A DNA stretch of 64,000 bases from Holophagaceae bacterium (GTDB taxonomy: Bacteria; Acidobacteriota; Holophagae; Holophagales; Holophagaceae): positions 1,569,394 to 1,633,393 of the forward strand of contig JADKKO010000004.1 in NCBI GenBank assembly GCA_016720465.1, given 5' to 3'. Below are positions 1 through 7,579 of this stretch, piece after piece (positions within the stretch are counted from its first letter, which is position 1; each line of letters opens with the position of its first letter). The notes under the pieces are model-generated. The model was given only the letters and a program-made list of their open reading frames with translations, was not told the DNA's origin and did not search any database. The position numbers and the translations under genes are program-made.

Positions 1-1
1 C

Positions 2-484
2 ATCCCCTTCATCATGGACATGGCGGTGCTGTCCGACCAGCCGCCGAAACCCGGCGGCCACCCGGGCACCATGGGCGAGCGCGGGCTGATCTTCATGCGG
101 ATCCTCACCCTGGGCAAGCAGAAGCAGGACGTGGAGGACTACTTCGAAGGCCGCAGCCAGGACGCCGAGCCCCTGCGCCGGAGCGGCATCCACATCGACT
201 CCTCGGAAGTGCTCAAGCGCGGGGTGCTGGAAGCCAAGGGCGCCAACCCGCGGCTGCGCTTCCTGGTGCAGCGGGGCAGCCTGAGCCAAAGCGGCAGGCG
301 CTCCCAGGGCCTCATCACGATTGTCCTGCCCGCCTGCCCATCCAAGGACAAGCAGACCATGGTCATCTGGGCCGGGCCCGATCCCAGCTCCGGGGGGGCC
401 TTGGATCCGGCCCAACTATCCGGCACCGTGGCCGACGAAGGCGCCATCGCCGAGATGATGGGCCTGTTCAAGCTCTGTGAATAG
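2..484 (+). CDS. hypothetical protein, C-terminal part (gene runs off the left window edge)
   Basis: The frame is open from base 2. The translation (GERGLIFMRILTLGKQKQDVEDYFEG...) has normal protein composition, unlike the Arg/Pro/Ser-rich antisense ORF 139-555. No family recognised. Confidence 0.45.
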   Translation: MPFIMDMAVLSDQPPKPGGHPGTMGERGLIFMRILTLGKQKQDVEDYFEGRSQDAEPLRRSGIHIDSSEVLKRGVLEAKGANPRLRFLVQRGSLSQSGRRSQGLITIVLPACPSKDKQTMVIWAGPDPSSGGALDPAQLSGTVADEGAIAEMMGLFKLCE

Positions 485-493
485 TGATGAGGA

Positions 494-961
494 TCAAGGT
501 TCCCGGATCGCAGCCCGAAGGGCCGCCTCGATCTTGCGGGAGCTGCGCAGGGCAATCTCCTCCCTGAGCCTGCCCTGCCGATCGATCACGTAGGTTCTGG
601 GAAGCTGGATGAATCCGCCCAGCGGTTCGGAAAAGGAACTCAACCGGGCGGGAAGGCTCCACCGCAGCGCCAGATCCGGATGGTCCTTCATGAAGGCGAG
701 GACATCCCGCGACCCTCCGGCATCCAAGGCCACTGCCAGAACGGTGAAGGTGGAATCCTCCCTGCGTTGAAGTCTGGCTAATTCCTCCAGCGTGCCCATG
801 CGATATCCGCGCTGGGTGTTCCAGGCGTGGAGCAGCACGATCTTCCCCTTCGATTTAAACACCCCCACGAGGCGCGCGGTGCCGGCGAGACTGGGCCTGG
901 GAGCGGTGTTTCGGTTCCTCAAGGGCGGCTTCTGGCCGTTGGGATTCCGGTAGCCGCCCAC
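494..961 (-). CDS. TlpA/ResA-like thioredoxin-fold protein lacking the CxxC active site
   Basis: KGKIVLLHAW...FTVLAVALD...LPRTYVIDRQGRL follows the TlpA/redoxin layout. The position of WCxxC reads WNTQRGY and there are no Cys residues. It lies 7 nt downstream of the ParA-like gene. Confidence 0.6.
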   Translation of the reverse strand: MGGYRNPNGQKPPLRNRNTAPRPSLAGTARLVGVFKSKGKIVLLHAWNTQRGYRMGTLEELARLQRREDSTFTVLAVALDAGGSRDVLAFMKDHPDLALRWSLPARLSSFSEPLGGFIQLPRTYVIDRQGRLREEIALRSSRKIEAALRAAIREP

Positions 962-968
962 CCCCGGC

Positions 969-1769
969 TCATACCCCCACCCGCTCCGCCAGGCTCTCCG
1001 CCATGTGGCGGAGCGCGGTGCCGGCGGGGCTGCTGGGATAGAGGTCCACGACGCTGCGCTGCTCGCGGACGGCCTGGAGCAGGTGGCGGTCCGAGGGAAC
1101 GAGGCCCAGGATTTCCAGGTCCTTCCCGAGGAAATGCTGCGCGGCGGCCCGGAGCTGGTCCGCGGCCTCGGTGGCCTCCTCCAGGCTCTGGGCGTTGTTG
1201 ATCACCATGTGGACGGCCTTGCCGGGTTCGCGGAGGTGGAGCACCTTCAGCATCGCGTAGGCATCGAGCAGGCTGGTGGGTTCCGGCGTGGAGACGATGA
1301 CGACTTCCTGGGCCGCGGCCAGCATCTTCAGCACGGCATCATGGATGCCCGCGGCGGTGTCGATGAACAGCCAGTCGGCATCCTCGCAAACCCGTTGCAG
1401 GCTTTGCGTGAGCCTCAGCTCCGAGGCCGGGTCCAGGTGGGACAGCTCGTGGATGCCGCTGCTGGTGGGGATGACGCGGATGCTTTCGCCACCGGCCACC
1501 GGTGAATCCAGCATCACCTCTTCCATCATTTTTTCGCCCTTCAGCACATGCTCCAGGGTGTGTTTGGGCGTGAGCCCCAACAGCACATCCAGGTTGGCCA
1601 GTCCGAAATTGGCATCCAGCACGACGACTTTTTGGCCGGCCTTCGCGAAGGCCGTCGCCAGGCCTGCCACGACATTGGTCTTGCCCACGCCGCCCTTGCC
1701 GCTGGTCACCGCGACCACCCGGGCGCGAAATGGAGAAAACGTCACGGTCATATCAAGGCCGGCAGCCAA
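969..1769 (-). CDS. MinD/ParA/FlhG-family P-loop ATPase
   Basis: Deviant Walker A VTSGKGGVGKTN, then VVVLDANFGLANLD and WLFIDTAAG motifs; 266 aa. No min or flagellar genes are nearby, so the subfamily is left open. Confidence 0.85.
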   Translation of the reverse strand: MAAGLDMTVTFSPFRARVVAVTSGKGGVGKTNVVAGLATAFAKAGQKVVVLDANFGLANLDVLLGLTPKHTLEHVLKGEKMMEEVMLDSPVAGGESIRVIPTSSGIHELSHLDPASELRLTQSLQRVCEDADWLFIDTAAGIHDAVLKMLAAAQEVVIVSTPEPTSLLDAYAMLKVLHLREPGKAVHMVINNAQSLEEATEAADQLRAAAQHFLGKDLEILGLVPSDRHLLQAVREQRSVVDLYPSSPAGTALRHMAESLAERVGV

Positions 1770-1939
1770 GCGCGCCCGGAGCCGCCGCCCAGCTACCCCG
1801 TGCGGGATCCATCGTCAGGTTCGGAAAGGCCAAGGTCGGCATGTTGACACCAAGCCCGTGGTAGGGCGAGGAGGATGCCAAATGGGTGATGGGTTGTGGG
1901 CGGTGGGTCGGGGTCGGAAAAGCGAGGCCCAATCACCAC

Positions 1940-2005
1940 GTCGAAGGTCGAGAGTCGGGGGTCGAGAGTCGAGAGTCGAGAGTCGAGAGTCGAGGGTCGA
2001 GAGTC
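1940..2005. repeat. heptanucleotide tandem repeat, 9 copies of GTCGAGA (variants GTCGAAG, GTCGGGG, GTCGAGG)
   Basis: Read directly in the 270-bp spacer between the yraN stop (2040) and the ParA-like start (1769). It causes the artefactual ESRVESRESRVES peptides in two + strand ORFs. Confidence 0.95.
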
Positions 2006-2039
2006 AACCGTGGAATAATGGCCACGCTCGGCTCACCGC

Positions 2040-2420
2040 TTACCGCCTCCCGAGTGCTTCCCACCGCTCGGGCGGGTGGAAACGGCAGCGCCATCCGGCC
2101 CAACTGACCCGTTGGAAGGAAATGGCTCCGGGCCAGGGCACCCGGTCGAGGAAGCGGCTCAGCGCCATTTGCAGGCGCAGGCGCTGTTCATGGGTCAAGG
2201 CCATGTCACCACCCACCCAGGCGCCGGGTTTCCGGGCTTTCACCTCCAGCAGCCGGAGCTCATCCCCCCGGCCCACGAGCAGATCCAGTTCGAAACGCCC
2301 GGATTTCAGCTCCCAGGCCACCAGATCCCATCCGCGCAGCCAGAGCAGCCAGAGCGTCAGCCGCTCGCAACGGCGCCCCCAAGTGCGGGCGGTCCTGCCT
2401 TTTTCGGTCACTGAACCCAT
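2040..2420 (-). CDS. yraN: YraN-family (UPF0102) endonuclease-like protein
   Basis: The internal Met is residue 115 of ORF 2040-2762. WGRRCERLTLWLLWLRGWDLVAWELKSGRFELDLLVGRGDELRLLEVKARK matches the YraN core (E-x-D-hhh ... hhh-E-V-K-x-R). The upstream part of the ORF looks non-coding. Confidence 0.8.
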   Translation of the reverse strand: MGSVTEKGRTARTWGRRCERLTLWLLWLRGWDLVAWELKSGRFELDLLVGRGDELRLLEVKARKPGAWVGGDMALTHEQRLRLQMALSRFLDRVPWPGAISFQRVSWAGWRCRFHPPERWEALGRR

Positions 2421-2670
2421 GGCTCGCCTTGAAGGATGTGGGGATTGGATGAGCCAACCATAGCGCACTTCAGGGCCGGTTTTTTGGTGCCGTTCGCCTG
2501 GATCCACAAGGAAATCGCGGGCTGTGATGCATGGCACAAGAATCCGCCGATTCGACGCGGACCGCCCATTCCAACTATCCTTCGAAGAGCGGTTATAGCC
2601 ATTTTGAAGTCCGTTCACTACCCTGGATGGAAAATCGACGACAACAATCCAGAAACTTCTAGGTGAAAAG

Positions 2671-3915
2671 ATGGACCCACTGCCCTTGGTCGCCTGCGAT
2701 ATTCCGGTTCCCGCCAAGAGCGGGCGGCAGGCGAACCTGTTCGACAAGTGCCTGCAATTCACCCGCGCCGACGAATTGAAGGCCCTGGGCAGCTATCCCT
2801 ACCACCGGGTCATCGAGAACGGGCAGAACACCGAAGTCCAGGTCAACGGCCGGAAAATGTTGATGCTCGGCTCCAATTCCTACCTGGAGCTGACCACCCA
2901 CCCGCGGATCAAGGCCAGATCGATGGAGGCCATCCAGCAGTACGGCAGCGGCTGCGCGGGGTCGCGCTTCCTGAACGGCACCCTGCCCATCCACCTGGAA
3001 CTGGAACGGCGGCTCGCGGATCTCGTGGGCAAGGAAGCCGCATTGGTCTACCCGACGGGCTTCCAGACCAACACGGGGGTCATCTCCACCCTGGTCCAGA
3101 GCGGCGAATACATCATCTCCGACAAGCTCAACCATGCCTGCATCGTGGATGGCTGCGTGCTTTCCCCCGGAAAGATGGTCAGGTACAGCCACAACGATAT
3201 GGTGGACTTGGAAGACAAGCTCTCCAAGCTTCCGAGGGATGCCGGAAAGCTCATCGTCACGGACGGCGTCTTCTCTATGGAGGGGGACATCTGCAACCTG
3301 CCGGAAATCGTGCGGTTGGCGAAGAAATACGGGGCCCAGGTGATGGTGGATGACGCCCATGGCCTGGGCGTCCTGGGACCGGGCGGGGCAGGCACGGCGG
3401 CCCATTTCGAGCTCACGGACGGAGTGGACCTGATCATGGGGACCTTTTCCAAGTCCCTCGCGGCCATCGGAGGCTTCATCGCCAGCAGCGAGCGGGTCAT
3501 CAACTACCTGATGCACACCTCCCGCCCCTTCATTTTTTCGGCTTCGGCGGCTCCCGCCAGCGTCGCGGCGGTGCTCGCGGCCCTGGATGTCATGCAGGAA
3601 GAACCCGACCGGTTGGAACGGCTGTGGCGGAACACGGCCTTCATGAAACAGGGACTGGACGACCTCGGTTTCGACACCGGCGATTCCGCAACGCCGATCA
3701 TTCCCGTTCTCATGGGCGACTTCGACCGCTGCTTCCAGGTCTGGCAGTTCATGCAGGCAGAGGGAATCTTCGTCAACCCCATCGTCCCTCCCGGGGTTCC
3801 GCCCAACCGCTGCATGATCCGGGTCTCGGTCACGGCCGGCCACTCCCTGGAACAATTGACCTGGGCGCTGGAGAAGTTCTCGGAAGCGGGCCGCCGCTTT
3901 GGCCTGACCCAGTAG
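2671..3915 (+). CDS. alpha-oxoamine synthase family PLP enzyme, serine palmitoyltransferase-like
   Basis: 414 aa. Contains GSNSYLEL, SDKLNHACIVDG, MVDDAHGLGVLG and the PLP-lysine motif GTFSKSLAAIGG. The N-terminal extension and operon context (acyltransferase, SDR, PAP2) favour Spt over BioF/Kbl. Confidence 0.8.
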   Translation: MDPLPLVACDIPVPAKSGRQANLFDKCLQFTRADELKALGSYPYHRVIENGQNTEVQVNGRKMLMLGSNSYLELTTHPRIKARSMEAIQQYGSGCAGSRFLNGTLPIHLELERRLADLVGKEAALVYPTGFQTNTGVISTLVQSGEYIISDKLNHACIVDGCVLSPGKMVRYSHNDMVDLEDKLSKLPRDAGKLIVTDGVFSMEGDICNLPEIVRLAKKYGAQVMVDDAHGLGVLGPGGAGTAAHFELTDGVDLIMGTFSKSLAAIGGFIASSERVINYLMHTSRPFIFSASAAPASVAAVLAALDVMQEEPDRLERLWRNTAFMKQGLDDLGFDTGDSATPIIPVLMGDFDRCFQVWQFMQAEGIFVNPIVPPGVPPNRCMIRVSVTAGHSLEQLTWALEKFSEAGRRFGLTQ

Positions 3916-3921
3916 CCGGGC

Positions 3922-5052
3922 ATGGAAAATAGTCTGAGCATCCATCCGGTCACCGGGGCTTCGGATGTGGAAGCATTTATCCGTTTTCCCTTCGGTCTAT
4001 ACCGAGACTACCCGCACTGGGTTCCGCCACTGCTCCTGGAGCGGCGCGAATTCCTGGACCCGGCCAAGAATCCGGTGTTCGAGTATGCCAAGATCCAGCT
4101 TTTCATGGCTTTCCGTGGATCCGAGGTGGCGGGGACCATCGCCGCGATCTGCAACAACCGCTACGGCGAATTCCATCCAGAGGACCGGAATGTCGGATTT
4201 TTCGGTCTTTTTGAATCCATCCAGGACCAGGAAGTCGCCCAGGCGCTGCTCCAGGCCGCGGCGGATTGGCTCCGGAAGGAAGGGAAGACGGTCCTGAGGG
4301 GGCCCGTGAATTTCACGACCAATGACATCGTGGGCCTCCTGGTGGATGGCTTCGAGGACGACCCGGCGATCCTCATGCCTTACAACCCTGCCTATTACGG
4401 CAGCCTCATGGAAGGCGCGGGATTAACCAAGGTCAAAGACCTGTTTGCCTTCACCCTGGCGGAGCGGGACTACAAAGGCCAGCTGGACGGAGTGGCCGCC
4501 AGGCTGGAGAAACGCGGGCATGTGAAGATCCGCCCCGTGGAGCTGGGGCGCTGGACCGAGGAACTGGAATTCGTCCGCAGCTGCTACAACGTGGCCTGGG
4601 CGAAGAACTGGGGTTTCGTTCCGTGGACCGACCGGGAATTGGCTTTCATCGCCAAGGAATTGAAACCCCTCATCGATCCGCGCCTCGCCTTCGTCGCCGA
4701 GGTGGATGGAAAGTCCGCCGGATTCTGCATTTCCGTCCCGGACGCCAACCAGGCCATCAAACTGGCTCGGGGCCGCCTGCTGCCCTTCGGGCTCCTCAAG
4801 CTCCTCTGGAAGCTGAAAGTGAGCAAATGCACTCGGCTGCGCACCATCGCCATGGGCGTGCTGCCGGAGCATCGGAGGCGGGGCATCGATGCGATCCTGG
4901 TGCACCACCTCGTCCGCCAATCCGTGGCCTACGGCTGCCCCGTGTCGGAGATGGGCTGGATCCTGGAGGACAATGAGCCGATGCTCAGCGCCCTGCGCCA
5001 GATCGGCGCGCAGAAAACGAAGACCTACCGCGTCTACGATCGCGCACTATAA
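3922..5052 (+). CDS. GNAT-superfamily N-acyltransferase-like protein (candidate bacterial ceramide synthase)
   Basis: 376 aa, starting 6 nt after the AOS stop. The C-terminal lobe has a GNAT-like acyl-CoA segment (IAMGVLPEHRRRGIDAILVHHLV). The subfamily call is an inference from context. Confidence 0.65.
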   Translation: MENSLSIHPVTGASDVEAFIRFPFGLYRDYPHWVPPLLLERREFLDPAKNPVFEYAKIQLFMAFRGSEVAGTIAAICNNRYGEFHPEDRNVGFFGLFESIQDQEVAQALLQAAADWLRKEGKTVLRGPVNFTTNDIVGLLVDGFEDDPAILMPYNPAYYGSLMEGAGLTKVKDLFAFTLAERDYKGQLDGVAARLEKRGHVKIRPVELGRWTEELEFVRSCYNVAWAKNWGFVPWTDRELAFIAKELKPLIDPRLAFVAEVDGKSAGFCISVPDANQAIKLARGRLLPFGLLKLLWKLKVSKCTRLRTIAMGVLPEHRRRGIDAILVHHLVRQSVAYGCPVSEMGWILEDNEPMLSALRQIGAQKTKTYRVYDRAL

Positions 5053-5055
5053 CCC

Positions 5056-6033
5056 ATGCTCGCGCTCGTCACCGGAGGCCAGGGATTCATCGGATCGCAC
5101 CTCTGCGAGAGGCTGGTCCAGGCAGGCCACCGGGTCCGCGTGCTCGCCCGCCCATCCAGCGATCTCACCCACCTGCAAGGGCTTCCGGTGGAGGTGGTCC
5201 GTGGCGATCTGGCCGGTGAAGAGCCCCTCGCCCCGGCCGTCGAGGGCGTGGACTGGGTCTTCCATCTCGCCGGCGCGCTCAAGGGATTCCGCCAGGAGGA
5301 TCTGCTCCGAGTGAACCGGGGCGGGACGGAGCGTCTACTCGATGCCTGCCAGCTCCATGCGCCCGGCCTCTCCCGCTTTGTCCTGGTGTCCAGCCTGGCG
5401 GCCGCAGGGCCTAGCCCGGGAGGATTGGCCGCTGCGGCCGAGGAGGCCAGTCCCCGGCCTTTGACCTGGTACGGCCAAAGCAAGCTGGAGGCGGAAACGG
5501 TGGTCCAAACTTCCGGCCTTCCCTTCACCATCCTCCGGCCCCCGATCGTCTTCGGGCCCCGGGACCGGGATGTCCTCAGCTATTTCCAGATCGCCCAGAG
5601 GGGTCTGCTCCCGGTGCCGGGCCGCCGGGACCGGTACTATTCCCTGGTGTTCGCGCCGGACCTGGCTGGAGGGATTCTGCGCGCTGCCGAATCACCAGCG
5701 GCCGCCTCGGAGATCTTCAACCTCACGGGCGCCGAAGTGGTGGCCTGGTCGGAGCTTGGCCATAGGATTTCCACCGCGCTCGGTGTCCGGGGCCGGGTCC
5801 TCCGCCTTCCGGAATTCGCCATCCAAGCTTCCGGGAGGATGGCGGATCTCGCGGCGCGCCTGCGGGGGGCTCCCCAGATCTTCAGCTCCCAGAAGGTGAT
5901 CGAGATGCTCGCCCCGGCCTGGGTCGCGGATCCCGGGAAGGCGCAGCGGATGCTCGGATGGAGCGCGCCGACCCCGCTCGACGAAGGCCTGGCCCTGACC
6001 GTGCGTTGGTACCGCTCCCATGGCTGGCTCTGA
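5056..6033 (+). CDS. extended SDR, NAD-dependent epimerase/dehydratase family (candidate ceramide/3-keto reductase)
   Basis: N-terminal Rossmann motif VTGGQGFIGSHL and catalytic YGQSK. 325 aa, starting 3 nt after the upstream stop. Confidence 0.85.
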   Translation: MLALVTGGQGFIGSHLCERLVQAGHRVRVLARPSSDLTHLQGLPVEVVRGDLAGEEPLAPAVEGVDWVFHLAGALKGFRQEDLLRVNRGGTERLLDACQLHAPGLSRFVLVSSLAAAGPSPGGLAAAAEEASPRPLTWYGQSKLEAETVVQTSGLPFTILRPPIVFGPRDRDVLSYFQIAQRGLLPVPGRRDRYYSLVFAPDLAGGILRAAESPAAASEIFNLTGAEVVAWSELGHRISTALGVRGRVLRLPEFAIQASGRMADLAARLRGAPQIFSSQKVIEMLAPAWVADPGKAQRMLGWSAPTPLDEGLALTVRWYRSHGWL

Positions 6034-6931
6034 CATGCGGCCACGGCCATTTGGGCTGTCCGGTCCGCTGGGCTCCTGGCGTCCCCTCGACCTGGCGCTG
6101 GCCGCCTACCTGGTTCCCGCATCCCTGGTCCTGCTCGCGGGACTTGCCCGGGGAGTTCCTGGCTGTGGGAAACAACTCATCGCCAATGCCGCGGTGGCGC
6201 TGGTTGCATGGGTGGCCGTTCGCTGGAGCCGGGACACCAGGGCCGTGCTCCCGACCCTGCTCCGTTTCTGCTACGTGCCGCTCCTGTACCTGGTCTTCTA
6301 CCGGCAGATCGAAATCATCTGGCCGGTGCTCCGGGCGGCCCCGATGGACGCTGGACTGGCGCGCCTGGAAGGGGCGCTGTTCAACGCCCAGCCTTCGCTC
6401 GCCTTCCGGGCCGCCCTCCCTTCCAGGTGGCTTTCGGAGCTCTTCTGCTTCGCCTACTTCGCCTACTACTTTTTCACGCCGGTGGTATTCCTCTCCGTCT
6501 TGTTCCGGCGGGGCTACCTTGCGGCTGAACGCATCGCGCTGGCTGCTTCCGCATGCTTCTTCACCTGCTATGCGATCTTCTGGCTCTTTCCGACCGTCGG
6601 GCCCCATTTCTGGTTTCCGCCTCACCAGGGGCCGCAGCTCTACGATGGCTACGTCTTCAACCATCTGTTGTTCTATCTGACCTCCAACGGTGAAATCCGG
6701 GCCGGCGCCTTTCCTTCTTCGCACATCGCCGTGGCCCTGCTCCTGACCCTATCCGTCCGGCGGGAGCTGCCGGGGCTCTTCGTGCCTCTCGCCGCCGTTA
6801 CCGCGCTGATGCTTCCGGCCGTAGTCTACCTGCGGGCCCACTACCTGGTGGACGTCCCCGCGGGCATCCTGATGGGACTCCTCGCCTTCGCTATTTCCAA
6901 CCGGTTTATTCGTCCTGCCGCGGCGCAATGA
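6020..6931 (+). CDS. PAP2-superfamily membrane protein, Aur1/Ipt1/SMS-like
   Basis: Polytopic membrane protein. The C-terminal motifs FPSSHIA and RAHYLVDVPAG correspond to the LPT C2 (S-x-H) and C3 (H-Y-x-x-D-V) motifs. Overlaps the SDR gene by 14 nt; an alternative Met lies at 6035. Confidence 0.75.
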   Translation: MAGSDMRPRPFGLSGPLGSWRPLDLALAAYLVPASLVLLAGLARGVPGCGKQLIANAAVALVAWVAVRWSRDTRAVLPTLLRFCYVPLLYLVFYRQIEIIWPVLRAAPMDAGLARLEGALFNAQPSLAFRAALPSRWLSELFCFAYFAYYFFTPVVFLSVLFRRGYLAAERIALAASACFFTCYAIFWLFPTVGPHFWFPPHQGPQLYDGYVFNHLLFYLTSNGEIRAGAFPSSHIAVALLLTLSVRRELPGLFVPLAAVTALMLPAVVYLRAHYLVDVPAGILMGLLAFAISNRFIRPAAAQ

Positions 6932-7475
6932 GGCTTCGCTGCACGCGCTCAAGATTGCCCTGCAACTGCACGAGATTCCAGGCGATCCACATGGCGTAGC
7001 CGAGCCATACCCACAGCAGGCGTGGATCGCAGGGCGTGCGCTTGAGCACTTCCGTGCCGATGTCGAGCCTCAACCCTTGAAGGAACCAGACCACGCCGCC
7101 GAACACGATAAGCAGGTGGCCCCAGCGGACCCAATAGGGGCGCAGGCCTTCCTTGGCCTTCCAGCGCAGCAGCAGCCAGCGCAGGAAGAGTTCCGATTTG
7201 GCCTCGGCGAAATGGAGGGCGATGAGCTGGTCCACCAGGGGCGCGTAGCGATGGACCTTCAGTTCGGCGATCTCGTCCTCGCCGTTCAATTTACGGAGAA
7301 AGGCCGAGCGGATCTTGCCCACGCATTCCTCCCATGGGGCCTCTTCGCGGCGCACCGCCAAGTGCAGCCGCACCAGCCCGACCCACAGCAGGGCCTGGGC
7401 CAGCAGCACCCCCCAAAGCGCCATGCCCTGCCAGCCGCTGTTCCGCACCACATCCAAGAAACGCGAGAGATCCAT
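6906..7475 (-). CDS. hypothetical membrane protein
   Basis: Several hydrophobic helices (GMALWGVLLAQALLWVGLV, LLIVFGGVVWFLQGL, LLWVWLGYAMWIAWNLV). The start is placed at Met18 of ORF 6906-7526 to leave a divergent promoter gap; 7526 is also possible. Confidence 0.5.
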   Translation of the reverse strand: MDLSRFLDVVRNSGWQGMALWGVLLAQALLWVGLVRLHLAVRREEAPWEECVGKIRSAFLRKLNGEDEIAELKVHRYAPLVDQLIALHFAEAKSELFLRWLLLRWKAKEGLRPYWVRWGHLLIVFGGVVWFLQGLRLDIGTEVLKRTPCDPRLLWVWLGYAMWIAWNLVQLQGNLERVQRSLIAPRQDE

Positions 7476-7579
7476 GGGAAGAGTCTGACCGGAATCAACG
7501 CTAAATACTGCCCGCGAATGGGTCATTTTGAAGGTTCGAGGCGGTGCTGTTCCTCTCCTTCCGGCATCATGGAATCACC

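Noticed and set aside
969-1769. Calling the ParA/MinD-like ATPase flagellar FlhG or cell-division MinD.
   Set aside because: No flhF/flhA or minC/minE genes are nearby. Only the generic deviant Walker A family can be supported.
1276-2463. 395-aa + strand ORF containing ESRVESRESRVES.
   Set aside because: It is an artefact of reading through the heptamer microsatellite and antisense to the ParA-like and yraN genes. The composition is Ser/Arg/Pro-rich.
2671-3915. Calling the alpha-oxoamine synthase bioF because bioB is in the same window.
   Set aside because: bioB is 10 kb away on the other strand with no bioA/bioD/bioF context. The AOS is instead in a tight operon with an acyltransferase, an SDR and a PAP2 protein. 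Substrate specificity still needs phylogeny.
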